Assembly (NCBI GenBank): GCA_951406725.2 | Contig: OX597834.1 | Coordinates: 7,874,001-7,938,000, forward strand | DNA: 64,000 nucleotides | DNA from: Octopus vulgaris | Lineage: Eukaryota | Reading direction: 5' to 3' | Part shown: positions 1-12,895 of the stretch, in pieces | How the letters are laid out: every line of letters starts with the position of its first letter | How positions within the stretch are numbered: position 1 is the first letter of the stretch | The notes under the pieces: model-generated | The model's database searches: none | Told to the model about the DNA's origin: nothing | Seen by the model: only the letters and a program-made list of their open reading frames with translations | Translations under genes and position numbers: made by a program

Positions 1-45
1 AGAGAAGAGAAAGAGAGAGAGAGGGGGAGACAGAGAGACAGAGTG
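1..45. repeat. (GA)n microsatellite
   Basis: Imperfect AG/GA dinucleotide run at window start. Confidence 0.85.
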
Positions 46-423
46 AGTAACTGAATATTTTGTGCGTGAAAGGGAACAATTTAGAATTAAATAACGTTAT
101 TAAATAAAGTAAAGTTAATCAATTAATTTGGACACGAAATAAGCTGAGAGAAATTAAAACTGACAATTCCTGGTGGGAATTCGCTTTTGATTTATTCTTC
201 AGCTTCTGTTAAGTTTTACACTTGACATTCTGCAGTTTTGCTTTCTATATTTATTAAAAACATTATTTATTTGTGGAAGAATCTTCATTGTGAATATGTG
301 TCATTTATCCCCATCCTATGATGTATTGACACTGAGTGATTGTTATGTTTTTGTGATTTGGTTCATTTCTTATTACAGAAACAGTATTTCACTAGATACA
401 GCGATATATATATATATATGTGA

Positions 424-631
424 TATCTTGAGCACCACCAGCTCAAATATTTTTTCCTCTGTCTTCCCTTCTTGGGATCTTTCCTTCTCCTTGTTTCCGA
501 CGAAGAGCTCCGCTCGAAACGTTAAACCCTCCTTCCCTTCTTTCCTGAGCGTCAATAATACGTTAATTGTTCCACGTCCTGCGTTGCTGTGTTTTTTTCT
601 CTTTTTTTTCTGTGTTTTCTTGTTTGGATTA

Positions 632-636
<5 letters not shown>
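424..636 (+). mobile_element. Short (TA)n-anchored repeat family H1, probable Penelope-like element terminus
   Basis: Reverse-complement homologues at 2192-2390 and 24696-24915; ends directly in a (TA)n tract; contains a hammerhead-like motif. Confidence 0.7.
493..527 (+). ncRNA. Minimal type I hammerhead-like motif (core variant CCGACGA)
   Basis: gttt-CCGACGA-a-gagc(tcc)gctc-GAAA-cg-TT-aaac: stem I gttt/aaac, stem II gagc/gctc, palindromic ACGT stem III. Confidence 0.55.
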
Positions 637-715
<79 letters not shown>

Positions 716-767
716 AGCAATAGTAAATCTCTGAACGAGGTTTAAACAGTAACTGCACGACAATGTG

Positions 768-947
768 AGGTATACTTGCCATCTCAATATGGTTAACCAT
801 TAAGGGAGGGTGTTACTGTAGTTTTGCAAATGCCAAAAGGGCCCAGAAAGTGTGCCTAAAGCCAGCTGTTGACAGTGTTCACCTGGGGCTACAAGCTACA
901 GTAACACCCACCCTTAATGGTTAGCCATATTGAGATGTCAACTATAC

Positions 948-950
<3 letters not shown>
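768..950. repeat. Fold-back inverted repeat (55-bp arms) between (TA)n tracts
   Basis: 768-822 gaggtatac...gttactgtag is the reverse complement of 896-950 ctacagtaac...tatacctc with about 4 mismatches. Confidence 0.85.
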
Positions 951-989
<39 letters not shown>

Positions 990-2024
990 ACACCACACCA
1001 AACTACACCATACAACATTACACATCACATCACAACACACCACCCACACACCCATTCCCACATCGTCACACCTACACATACATACACGCGCACGTCCAGA
1101 CCACCAGCCCTCTTTCACACGCACATACATACACTCTTATACACACACGCACCTTTGGGTTGCGGGTCATCTTTACCTTGTTATCTCCCCTACTTTCCTT
1201 ACTGTGTTTGACCCTTCTGTCCGTCACTAGTCGCCATGGTAGATCGTTAGCCACTACACACATTTTTTTATCTCCTTGTTTTTTTCTGTGTCCCTTTCTC
1301 GTCGGCTCCTTGGTCGTTCTGTCCCTGCGTCTGCGGGCAATCTGCGACAAACAGGATGTCTCTACATGCGGGATTGTTGGGGACCGCTTGTGAAATTCAT
1401 ATTCCCACGAATCTTCTTCCACTGCCATGTTTCGAGATGCCACGAGGGTGGTGGAAGAAGCCGACTCAACCCGCCCAGGGTGAATGTCGCCACAAATAAG
1501 TACAACTAAGTACTCTTATTTACTACAACGCACTAAGCATCATTACTATCTTTGTTCAACAACCCCTTAGTTTCTACTATTCCTTAGTCAACTATACATA
1601 CTAGTTGGTAATAGTCCCTCGTTAGCATTGCTACCTATTTTCAACTACTTCAGAAATTACTATTCAGATACAAAAAGTAGACGCTATATTTATAATTACA
1701 TCTTATATTATAAGAACAGAAAAGCATATTCCCTATTGTTGACTATTTCTGGAGAAAACCAATCAAAACTCATTGACCTGTGCCTCCATATTAACAATTC
1801 TATTTTGATAGCATATTTGTTAATTAATCCCAGAAGATCTAAAGGAAATGTGATTACCCTCTATTTTTATGGCTTATGAGGAACTCTAGTAATTTGTGTT
1901 ATGGTTTTCGTGATGGCATTTTATGAAATGAGGGAAGCTACTTACAAATTCCATCATGGCTAGTGATGATATTGAAATTATATAATTGGCACAGAATTAT
2001 TTAATACCGTTGACCATAACCGAG

Positions 2025-2190
2025 GGCGTGGCTGTGTGGAGAGGAGCTTGTTTCCCAACCACTAGGTTCCTGGTTCAGCCCCACTGCACGGTACCTTAGG
2101 CAACTGTCTTCTACTATAGCTTCGGGCCAAAAAAATCTTTATGAAGGAAATTTGGTTGTCGGAAACCGGAGGAAGCTGGTCGTATATATA
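2025..2190 (+). mobile_element. tRNA-derived SINE family A, 5' half
   Basis: tggctgtgtgg A-box, ggttcagcccc B-box and ccttaggcaa body; homologous to 9498-9975. Confidence 0.8.
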
Positions 2191-2191
2191 T

Positions 2192-2386
2192 AGTAAATCT
2201 CCACCCACCAAAAAAAAAATGAAGAACAAACGCAAACAAAAACAACAATGTGAGGACGTGGTACATGGAAAGTATTAGCAGACGCTCAGATGGCTTAACG
2301 TTTCGAGCAGAGCTCTTCTTCACAAACAGAGTAAAGTCCAATAAAAGTGAATGGAGGATGAAAATCGCTAAAGATTCGCATGTGGT

Positions 2387-2390
<4 letters not shown>
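2192..2390 (-). mobile_element. Family H1 copy (PLE-like terminus, degenerate hammerhead at 2293-2327)
   Basis: Reverse complement reads gtgaagaagagctctgctcgaaacgtt, homologous to 493-527. Confidence 0.65.
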
Positions 2391-2445
<55 letters not shown>

Positions 2446-2613
2446 AAGAAGAAGGGATTGAAAAAGTAGAAGAAGAAGAAGAAGAAGAAGAAGAAGAAGA
2501 AGAAGAAGAAGAAGAAGAAGAAGAAGAAGGAGAGGAAGAAGAAGAAGACAAAGTAAGAAGAAGAAGAAAAAGAAGAAGAAGAAGAAGAAGAAGAAGAAGA
2601 AGAAGAAGAAGAA

Positions 2614-2644
<31 letters not shown>

Positions 2645-2691
2645 AAGAAGAAGAAGAAGAAGAAGAAGAAGAAGAAGAAGAAGAAGAAGAA
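2391..2691. repeat. (TA)n followed by (GAA)n microsatellite
   Basis: Directly visible; source of the poly-E/R/L/S ORFs. Confidence 0.95.
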
Positions 2692-2784
2692 AATTCATTC
2701 CGCCAAAATACTGGATATTGAACCAGAATTTCCTTTATTGAAACTATCCATTCATGAGGTTTAACCATCCTCTAATTAAATTTT

Positions 2785-3180
2785 GGCAGTGTGGTAAGTA
2801 GTTTGCTTACAAGCCACATGGTTCCGGTTTCAGTCCCACTGCGTGGCACTTTGTCCAAATGTATTCTACTACAACCCCAGTCCGACCAATGCTTTGTGGG
2901 TGGATTTTGTAGACGGTAACTGAAAGAAGCCTGTATATATATATACAGGCTTCTTTCAGTTCTTTCAGTATATATATATATGGGGGTGTCCCCGCCACCA
3001 TTGCTTGACAACCGATGATGGTGTGTTTACGTCCCAGTAACGTAGTCGTCCGGCAAATGAGACCGATAGAATAAGTAGCAGGCTTACTAAGAATACGTTC
3101 TGGGGTCGAGCTGTTCGACTAAAGGCAGTGTTCCAATATGGCCGCCATCAAATGACTGAAACAAATGAAAAAATAAAAGA
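2785..3180 (+). mobile_element. SINE family A, near full length
   Basis: gtgtggtaagtagtttgc...ggttccggtttcagtccc...aaatgactgaaacaa; internal (TA)n. Confidence 0.85.
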
Positions 3181-3204
3181 ATATATATATATATATTTAT
3201 ATAT

Positions 3205-3415
3205 CAAGGTCTTGGTGTCTGTGTTTGTTTTTGACCACCTCATGACGACTGGTGTTTGTTTGTTTACGTCACTGTAATTTATCGTTTGGGCAAAATATAT
3301 TAATAAAATTGGAACTTTTTTTTTTAAATAAGTATTGGGGTCGAATCATTCGACTAAAAAGTGTTCAAAGTGGTGCCCCGTGTGGCCGCTGTCCTTTGGC
3401 TGAAATAGGTAAAAG
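3205..3415 (+). mobile_element. SINE family A, diverged 3' half
   Basis: gtgtctgtgtttg...tggggtcga...tggccgc...ctgaaataggtaaaaga matches the family A tail. Confidence 0.6.
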
Positions 3416-4097
3416 ATTTAACCTCAAGTCAACTATCAGTTAACGAACTCAACAATGCATTATATATCCAGTTGCGACAATTCCGCTTCTTCTCTTTTTT
3501 TTAAATATATATCTAGAACCACATTGTCAATGTGACGTTTTGTTTAAGACGGTATGGCGTGTATTTTAAAGACATGACTATTTTTATTACAAAGCGAGTT
3601 CATCTATATATCGGTTATCTGTGTGTCTGCAGTAGTCAATAATTTGTGTATTAAGAGTAAATTAAACACAGAATTAGATATTGAAAAACTGCCTTAGACA
3701 ATGCATTGATGTCTCGTACAAATTTGGTTCTAATCAGAATAGAATTATATAATTACAAGAAATTAGATTATATAATTATATAAAACCTGTCAAATTCATT
3801 TTATCATCAGGAAACTATTATATTTCAGAATTGTGGTGTTGAAAGCTGCTTGTGATTATCAAGCGATATAGTAAATCTACACTACTATCTGGAAGAAACT
3901 TCTCAAGCATGGTGTCTATAACTTATAAATCAACTGCAGGGTAATAGACATATTGTGATGGATTATTTCTGTCTAAATTTTAAACACACGGAAACTAAAC
4001 ACGTAATGAAAGTTGGTCGTAAATCGGAAACAGGCAGTAATTCGAGATTGTCATTGAAAAACTAAAATGATGGAACGCCCATACATAGTACTGCATT

Positions 4098-5754
4098 GTT
4101 GAACAATCATTTCTTGTTCGATACTACTTACTATCGACAGTAATGTGGAATTGCAATGGGGACCAGAGCTGCTACAGTGATTGCAAACCTCGTAATGGGT
4201 TACCACGAACTTAAGTTATACCAACCCTCACTAGAAAAATATGGCGCTTCTTTCAATTACTACTTAAAGGAGAACTGGAAGAGATATTTAGATGATTGCT
4301 TCATACTTTGGCAAGATAGCATGGATCAACTCCTTGATTTCAAAAGAATGCTCAACAACATACGCAGCAATATACAATTCACTATGGAATACAACAGTAA
4401 GCAACTACCTTTTCTAGACATCTTAATTAGAATAGTTAACAACCACATAGAAACAGATATCTTTTATAAACCCACAGACTCTAAACAATACCTATTATTT
4501 AACTCCTGCCACCCCAAACGCATAAAAATCAACATACCTTTTAACCTAGCAAAAAGAATCTGCACCATAGTTTCCGATACATACACTCGTGAACATAGAC
4601 TCCTTGAACTTAGATCTACACTAACTAAAAGACACTACCCAATCTCATTAGTAAATGAAGGCATCAAAAGAGCTAAGGGAATAGATATACATAGATTAAG
4701 GAAAACTAACCGAAATACTAAACAAGACTTAAAAATACTCCCGTACATTTCCACGCATAACCCCAGAAACAACGAAGCCTTCAACATCATCACCCAAAAA
4801 CCTTCCCATCCTCACAGCAGACAAAACAATGAACGAAATTTTAAGCGCATATAAAATTATAAAAAGTAAAAAGCAACCGAAGTCACTGAAAAGAATACTA
4901 ATCAGCGCTAGACTTTACCCACTAACTACTGAGCCAAAAGTGATAAAATGTGGACGTTCTAACTGTGGAACATGCCCCCACATTCTGGAGGGTTCAGAAT
5001 TCCAATTCAAACAAGGAGAAATATTTAAGATCAAATCAAATTTCACCTGCGCCTCAGCAAATGTAATCTATGTCATGACATGCATAAGATGTGGTAAACT
5101 CTATATTGGACAAACAGGAATTTCGCTCCGTCAAAGAATCACCATTCACAAAGAGCAAGTCCGTCACCCACAATATAGACAGTTAAAGGTGAGTGAACAC
5201 ATAGAAAGATGTTCCAGGAATCTTAATCCCAATTTCCAAATATTTCCCTTTTACCAATGCTCACAGAACACCACAATGCAACAAAGGTTGAATAAAGAGG
5301 CATTTTTCATCAACAAATTTCTCCTCCAACTAAATATGAACACACAACTCAATACAGAACACCACTAACTCTTCAATTTAAACCACTAAACCCTATACAC
5401 TTCCTACATCACCCACATCTCTAATTCCAGAACTACTTACCTCCCTTACAAATAATCTTTTTTCTCAGGAACTATTAGACCTAACACCGTATATTAATCG
5501 ATATTGTTCAAACGATGGTTAACCAATTGGTTCGTTTCATTCTCTTACTTTATTATTATTATCATCTTATAATCATCTCATAATAATGAACTTTATGACT
5601 CGTATTACTACCTCAGTCAATCTAAATGTATATATTTGTCACTACCTGTCATAAATAGCCTTTTTCTATCTGCAATATGCATTTTCGTTGATTTTTCATA
5701 TTTTACCCTTACATTTCCTCGTGTATTTTATATTTTCTTTTCGTAACATATTTC

Positions 5755-5756
<2 letters not shown>
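4098..5756 (+). mobile_element. 5'-truncated Penelope-like retroelement (RT + GIY-YIG endonuclease), disrupted
   Basis: LNNHFLF..YYRQ*CGIAMGT, RYLDDCF, LPFLDI, YKPTDSKQYLLFNSCHP; then CGRSNCGTCPHI, NVIYVMTCIRCGKLYIGQTG, HIERC. TAA at 4141 and a frameshift in the A-run near 4796-4800 split the ORF (4156-4854, 4829-5368). 3' region ends in (TA)n. Confidence 0.93.
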
Positions 5757-5821
<65 letters not shown>

Positions 5822-5824
<3 letters not shown>

Positions 5825-6180
5825 CAAAATACGCAACAAGGATATCCATAGGTAATGCAGTACGACCGTTTCATGCGACTCCATTTAATTGAACAATGCA
5901 ATCATTTCATTACATCAAAGATAGACAAAGATTGACAAAGAGTTCCAACTATGATGTGATTGGTATATGTTCTTCGTCTATCTCCTTTGCTTCTTGGTAG
6001 TTTTAGGTAAAATTATACTGTGTCCTTCTTTTCTAATTAAATGCTATGTTTTTATGCAGCCGGCTATTGCTCTACATTTTAAATTGATATAATAAAATAA
6101 TTGCACTGTTCAATTAAATGGAGTCGCATGAAACGATCTTACTGCATTACCTCTGGATACCCTTCTTGTTTATTATGATT
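5822..6180. mobile_element. Inverted pair of PLE-like termini (family H3) with degenerate hammerhead at 6054-6147
   Basis: 5822-5915 is the reverse complement of about 6085-6180; the same terminus (aatcaaaataagcaac) occurs at 24563 and 42013. Confidence 0.7.
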
Positions 6181-6315
6181 TCAATCAACTTATTTTGAAA
6201 TTGTATGGATAATACCGTACTAAATTCTGGTGCCTCAACTTAGGTACCATATTCATCTGAATCTAAATTTTTACTGAACTAATCTACCATACCTAGACTA
6301 TATTTTTATAAATGA

Positions 6316-6379
<64 letters not shown>

Positions 6380-6380
6380 G

Positions 6381-6438
<58 letters not shown>

Positions 6439-6466
6439 ATATATATATATATATTTACATATGCTA

Positions 6467-6596
6467 TCTAGGGAGCGTCATTCTCTTTTAGTGCCTTATA
6501 ATTTAAGACACTCACTGGTAAAATTTCCACTCATTTATTTATTTTTCTAAAATTTTTGTTGCGTTTTGCAAACATTTGAATAGTTGTTGACTCTGT
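6467..6596 (+). repeat. Interspersed repeat family F (unclassified)
   Basis: Homologous to 31683-31815 (tct.ggga..gtcatt...ggtaaaattt...ttgactctgt). Confidence 0.65.
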
Positions 6597-7211
6597 CCGT
6601 TTTTCAAGCTGCATTCATTTTGTTTGTTTGCGTGCACGTGTGAGGTTCAGTGTTTGTGTGCATACACCTGTTTGTATGTATGTATGTATGTATGTATGTA
6701 TGTATGTATGTATGCATGCATATATGCATGTATGCATGTCAGTGTGCGTATGCATGTGTGTTCGTTTGTATGTATGAATTCTGCATATCCATGTGCTTGT
6801 GTGCTTTTATGTGTGTGTGTATTTCCATGCGTGTGTGTGTGTGTGTTACCTCTGTCTCCTTGTGTGTGCATCTCTGAGTGTGCCTGTGCGTATGCCTGTG
6901 TGTATGTATGGGATTTTGTGTCACTATGTACTCTGTATGTATAGACATGTGTCTCCATATGTTTCCTGTGTAAAGTGAAGTGTGTGTGTATTATCATGTG
7001 TTTCAGTCTTCCTTTGTGTATGTGTGTGTATGTGTGCTTGTCTGTTCATATTATCATTGTACATTCTTGTCTCTATGTCTATCTATTTATTTCCATGTCC
7101 ATTTGCCGACATACATGTGCATAAACATACACGCACACACATACACACATAACAGTCAACTAACTAGTCTCCCTCCAAATAAATATACTATGGGTATGGT
7201 AGTCTGATTAT

Positions 7212-7560
7212 CTACGACGTATATTTCTTATTTAATACTAGGGACGTTTCATTTATGAGGACGTACTCTTTTATTTGTCTAAGTGTTGGGTCCTTTGGAT
7301 GCTTGGATAAAATGCAGATGTCAAGTCGATCCAGGTTGCCTACATATTGTTCCTTGGAATGTTGGAAGAGCATAGAAAACTGTTCATTGTCATCATATTG
7401 TCTCAAATGTTCATTCAGTCTTTCCGCAGTATTCCTCGACGTCTCCCCTATGTATGTCATGTTCATATCTTTACAAGCACCGTCTATGCATATTATGCAG
7501 TTGACCATAGTTCTAGTTCTATAGTTAATGCCATGGCTAATCCTATATACCATGCAGTTA
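7212..7560 (-). pseudogene. Penelope-like GIY-YIG endonuclease remnant
   Basis: CIICIDGACKD..TYIGETSRNTAERLNEH...LFQHS...RQIKEYVLI...LN matches the PLE endonuclease layout. Confidence 0.8.
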
Positions 7561-8667
7561 ACGATTTTGCCAGATCGCCACCTTAAGTTGTAGGAATAAT
7601 GATATGGATAAGAAATATTCTAGCAACGCCATATTACACAAATTTATTAAATCTACATTCTAAATAATTTTATGTAATGTTGAAAATTTTCCGGGAAAGC
7701 GAGTCGGCTTCCAATGCCTTAGCAACAATCTGAAAGCAGCCTATATTTCGACAAATTTGTTTTCGTATTGTGATTTCCATTTCGTGACATCGATCAACGA
7801 TCGGTTACTCCTTCGTCGTTTTTAGCTTCCATTTGTTTTTAACTTAATAAGGCAGATTTGGCGCTCTTTCTAACTACTAGGACACCAAATTGCATAGATC
7901 GTATAGATATGTTATCTTATATGTTCTTTCACTCATAGAAAAAAATTTTAAACAAAAATAAAAACATGAAGCAGTTCTCTCCCCTTAAGTTGAATATTTA
8001 TCCTCCCTGCTATCTCTTAGTAATCTCACTTTCTCTCACTTTCGTTGCTTGTCTGTCTGTCGGTCTCCTCTCTTTCTCTTCTTCTCTCAACCATAAGCAG
8101 CAGCTGCATCAATAGTACCTAGTTAAATATCCACAAGTTAAGCTACGTAATATCGTTTTTCCTTTTGCATACTGTCTTGTAAATTATTTTTCTCTTTTGA
8201 AGATATAATATATGCTAAACCTAATAAAGAAGTCATGTTAATGAACGTTTAATCACCTTCGATATAAACTTACAATTGTTTCGGTGTTCTTGCAAGGAAC
8301 ATTGATATAGCTACCACATAACTCCTGAATTCATTGAATTTTAGAAGAAAAGAGAATACCCCAGCTTAGATAAACACCCTGAATCTATTTTAGAATAAGA
8401 CATAAATGGTCATATATTTGTCCTCATTGTTTGTTTGTTTTTTGTTTGGAATTATTATCTTTGTATCGGAGAGCTGCTTTCAGAAAAGCATAGCTACTAC
8501 CAATTTCTGTTCCTTACAAAAACTGTTACTTGCTTGGATAGCTTGAAATGGCTGAGTGAAACAATTGTTGCGAGTAATTCTAGGTGCATTTACAAAAAGG
8601 ATGGATTAAGTAATGTCCTTAGAGTGATACACTAGCAGCAAGCAATGGAAGTCAATATAACATATAT

Positions 8668-8976
8668 CACGTGATCACGTGACCGACCAGACCATCAGAT
8701 GTTGTTACACATCGCTGGTCACAATGCGTTCGCATTGTTTTAGCTTTCGAATGACGCCACCCCTCTGGCTAAGCGAGCAGGCCAACAGAAGAAAGAGTGA
8801 GAGAAAGAGTGGGTGAAAGAGTACAGCAGGGATCACCACCACCCGCTGCCGGAGCCTCGTGGAGCTTTTAGGTGTTTTCGCTCAATAAACACCCACAACG
8901 TCCGGTCTGGGAATCGAAACCGCGATCCTGCGACCGCGAGTCCGCTGCCCTAACCACTAGGCCATTGCGCCTCCAC
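8668..8976 (-). mobile_element. tRNA-derived SINE family C (tail type 1), full length
   Basis: Head gtggaggcgcaatggcctagtggttagggcagcggactcgcggtc..ggtttcgattccc; 11-bp TSD ataacatatat (8657-8667 and 8977-8987). Confidence 0.9.
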
Positions 8977-9497
8977 ATAACATATATACATTCTTTAAAT
9001 CCATGTCGGTCCCGATTTCGTTGAGCTCTAACAAAATAATATCCTCATTGTTAATACTGAGGGAGATACATCAGTTTTTCTTTATTTTTTCATGAGATTT
9101 CCATATGAGATCCTTCAACCCCTAAGATGACGTTTTAGATATAGGTGAATACTTTTGTGAATTAAATAGAAACAGAAACGGAGTAGAAACACACATATAT
9201 ACATCCACATACAGACACACATATTCGGAGACACATATGTCGATGGAACTTTCGATGCTTTCAGAGAAGGAATGATCTACTCATTTCATTAGCGTTTAAT
9301 TAGCTGAGAATTCCCTGTAATTAGCTGTGCATACGTAAGATCATAAACGAATTTCTCAGCAGGGAAAAGTCACATTTGACAAAATCACACATTTAAACAA
9401 GTACAATCAGGGTGGTTTATATATAATTTACACTACCAGCGAAGGTACACGCTAGTATCTTGGATCGTTCAACAGTCATTGAAAAAAAAAAAAATCA

Positions 9498-9660
9498 GGC
9501 GCAGGAGTGGCTGTGTGGTAAGTAGCTTGCTTCCCAACCACATGGTTCCGGGTTCAGTCCCACTGCGTGGCACCTTGGGCAAGTGTCTTCTACTATTGCC
9601 TCGGGCCGACCAAACGCTTGTGAGTGGATTTGGTAGACGGAAACTGAAAGACGCCCGTCT

Positions 9661-9691
<31 letters not shown>

Positions 9692-9695
9692 GTTT

Positions 9696-9733
<38 letters not shown>

Positions 9734-9975
9734 GTCTGTGTGTGTGTGTGTGTGTTTGTGTGTCTGCGTTTGGCCCCCCCCCCAACATCGCTTGACAACT
9801 GATGCTGGTGTGTGTACGTCCCCGTAACCTAGCTGTTCGGCAAAAGAAACCGAAAGAATAAGTACTAGGCTTACAAAGAATAAGTCCTGAAGTCGATTTG
9901 CTCGACTAAAGGCTGTGCTCCAGCATGGCCAGAATCATATGACTGAAACAAGTAAAAGAGTAAAAGAGTAAAAGA
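9498..9975 (+). mobile_element. SINE family A, full length
   Basis: ggcgcaggagtggctgtgtggtaag head, internal (TA)n(TG)n, (gtaaaaga)n tail. Confidence 0.92.
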
Positions 9976-11380
9976 AATCGGAAAAAGTGGTATTGAACAG
10001 CAGATCATAGGATTGCGAAGCAAAAATTCCTCACTACTCTGTTTTGCAATGCTTGCCCAATTTACATTTGTACACACACACATGCACATAAGTATACACT
10101 CACTCACACACATACACGCACGCACAATAAGAACTGAAAAATCACATATAAAACATATAAAAGCCGGTTTCTCTTACTAGCAACAGCATGAATAAGAACT
10201 TTATTCGCATGAAAAGAGTTATGCCGTTCTCTTTCCCACAAAAACAGATAAAGAAACGGTTTTTGTTCCTCGTGAAATATATTTCCGTTATCATATATCA
10301 AAATCTAAAACCAGTTCGATGTTTGATGTATCTCACCTCTTTCTTTATTTTTTTTCTCTCTCTCTCTACCTCAGACTTTATCTCTCTTTCTCTCTCTCTC
10401 TCTCTTTCTTTCTCTCTCACTGCGTACCTACCTATATACCCAAGTATCTATCTCTACGTCTCTCTCTCATATTTGTTTTTACCTCAATGAAGTTCACTTT
10501 CGGAAAACGTAAGGTCTCTGTTCTGTTTCTTAAACAATTTGTCGACGCTGATCACCTAGACACAGAATCGTAGCTTCTTTCAGTTTATTTTTCCTTTTCT
10601 TTTGTGACAAACGAATATGAAATGGCTTGATTTTCTGACCATTTCAGACATCGATCTGTTTAGAGATCAAAGATTTTGTTGTTCTAAATACCACTTTGAA
10701 GTACTTTCAAAGAAATTGTTATTCTTGATATTTAGTGATTTCCATTCAAAAATCTGCCTTCCAGCATTTGTAGAATTGATGAGAGTTCTTCATGAGAGGT
10801 AATAAACTTGTAATGTAGCCAAAATTATCGATCTGTTTGTATTATTCAAAGCCAGTACGCCACACTATTGGCAACGTATAGTCCCCAGCTGAGAAAGTCA
10901 CACATTACAGCCAAGCCTCTTCCAAACACCAAACAACATTTATATACGTTTGTTTATTTAAGCCCCAACATTCGATGTTGTTGTTGTTGTTGTTGTGTTA
11001 TTTAGCCCAAGGTCAACTCTGATCCAGTAGTCCTATCGATTATATCGTTCACGCCATGGCCAGCAATTTTTTCCTTTCAGACGTAATATATTCAGTACTA
11101 CATTAGCCAACGTGTCTGTTTCTTGCTGAAATTATAATTTGTGGCTGCTTAGCCCTTGGCCAGCCTCGATTAATCAGGTCTATAAAGTAGATTATATGTG
11201 ATGCTTAGGCAGTGATCTTCCCGTCTAATTTCTAGGCACACTATTTAACATTACCCAACTTTTACATCTTTTAACATATTAAGACATAATGGTAATTGAT
11301 CTGTAATTTATAAAAATTCGAATGATCATGTATGGATTTTCTTCTCCTTCTTCTTCAGTTTCTTCTCTTTGTATTATTAA

Positions 11381-11777
11381 CTAGCAGTATCGCCCGGCGT
11401 TGCTCGGGTTTGTAAGGGAAATAACTATATAGGCATTTTAGAGAGTTATAGCCAAAAAATTGCAAAAAGATGCATTAAAAATGGAAAAAAATTATGGTAA
11501 TTTTTTTTTTTAAATCGTTGACCCATCGTAGACATTTTTAGAGAGTTAATTCCCTTATATAATTGCGAAAAAATGCATTAAAATGGAAAAACCTGATGGT
11601 AATTTTTTTTTTAAATCGTAGACTCATCGTAGACGCGCGCTAATACCCAGAAGGGCTCGATATGAATCACGACTATAAGATACCCGGTTTTAGTTAAACT
11701 GTACCGCAAAATGTGGGATTAGTTAGGAATCTAAATCGTAGGAGACAGACACACAACTTCACATTTATATATAAAGA
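11381..11777 (-). mobile_element. Non-autonomous Helitron
   Basis: Minus strand begins 5'-TC, ends cccgagcaacgccggg hairpin plus CTAG-3', inserted between A and T with no TSD; internal ~105-bp duplication. Confidence 0.85.
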
Positions 11778-11902
11778 TATAAAAACAACAACAACTATAA
11801 TGATAATAATAGTCATAACAACAACAACAGCAGCAGCAAATACAACAACAACAACAATAATAACAATCCTTTCTACTATAGGCAAAAGACCTGATTATCG
11901 TA

Positions 11903-12895
11903 CGAGAGTGCATCAACAGTGAAAGAAGAAACTTGGCAGAAACAGCAAACAAAACCTGCTACAGTATGCTACTAATGCAGAAGGATTTAACAAAGATGGA
12001 CTTCAGAGTGCTCATGAATTCCAATCAAGAACAGCCAACGAGAGAGAAGAAACCCGACTCCGCATGGAAGTACATGGTCAGTTCCACTGTGAAACCAACA
12101 AATTAGAAAACCAGGAAAAATCATGGAGGTGGCCTAACAAGCGTGACATAAAATAGAATATTGAAAGCCCAATCATCGCTGCCCAGGATCAGGCATTGAA
12201 TACCAAATCAGTGAAAAATAATATATACCACACAAGTCCAACGGACCTCTGCAGAATCTGTGGGAAGATGGTCGAATGGGAAAACGCGTGACTTGCGTTG
12301 TTAGTGTTTGGGATTTCTTGCACAGAAAGGTAGCCCAAAACCTCCACTGGCTACAATGCCGTAAGTACGGACATAAGGTTATGGGTTCTTAGTAACAATA
12401 TACATCGGAAAAGGTAATGGACGAAAAGAAGAAGGCAAAAATCCTCTGGAACTTTGACACCAAGACAGATGAGATATTAGGGTACAGAAGACCGGGTGTT
12501 GTAACCTTTAGGTGGGACAAAAAAGAGTGCTTACTAATTGACGTGTCAGTGCCAGGAGATCAACATATCATCATGAAGGAAAGAGAAAAGGTTAATAATT
12601 ATGGAGACCTGAGAATTGAGATCGCTAAAATGTGGCAGCTACGAGAGTCAAACCTATAATCAATCCCTATTGTCATCTGATAATTGGATTCAATACCACC
12701 CAATCTGTAAAAACATTTGAACATTTTAGAAATACACTGCAATCTAGGTGTATTGCAAAATTAGGGGTTACTTGAAAATGCACGCATATTGCATAAAACA
12801 CTGTCTGCCTGAGATCCTTGTTGTGACTTGACAAACAGTGCAAACCCACGGTAGACGCAATAACCTCACGATATTGTATACTGTGTGACATATAT
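11903..12895 (+). pseudogene. Dong/R4-like non-LTR retrotransposon 3' remnant (zinc knuckle + restriction-like endonuclease)
   Basis: IIAAQDQALNT, CRICG, KILWNFDTKTD..RRPGVV...LIDVSVPGD...EKVNNYGDL; multiple stops; AAC/AAT repeats nearby on both sides. Confidence 0.82.

Noticed and set aside
1447-1493. gtggt-ggaaga...gaatgtc-gccac hammerhead-like remnant
   Set aside because: Both core halves are mutated and there is no second copy to support it.
4156-5368. Two separate genes or a programmed frameshift in the Penelope ORFs
   Set aside because: PLEs encode RT and endonuclease in one ORF; an extra A in a homopolymer run plus an upstream stop indicate decay or sequencing error.
8900-8976. tRNA-like sequences (also near 9498, 38448, 57010)
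   Set aside because: They are SINE heads continuous with SINE bodies, several with TSDs, and do not form complete cloverleafs.
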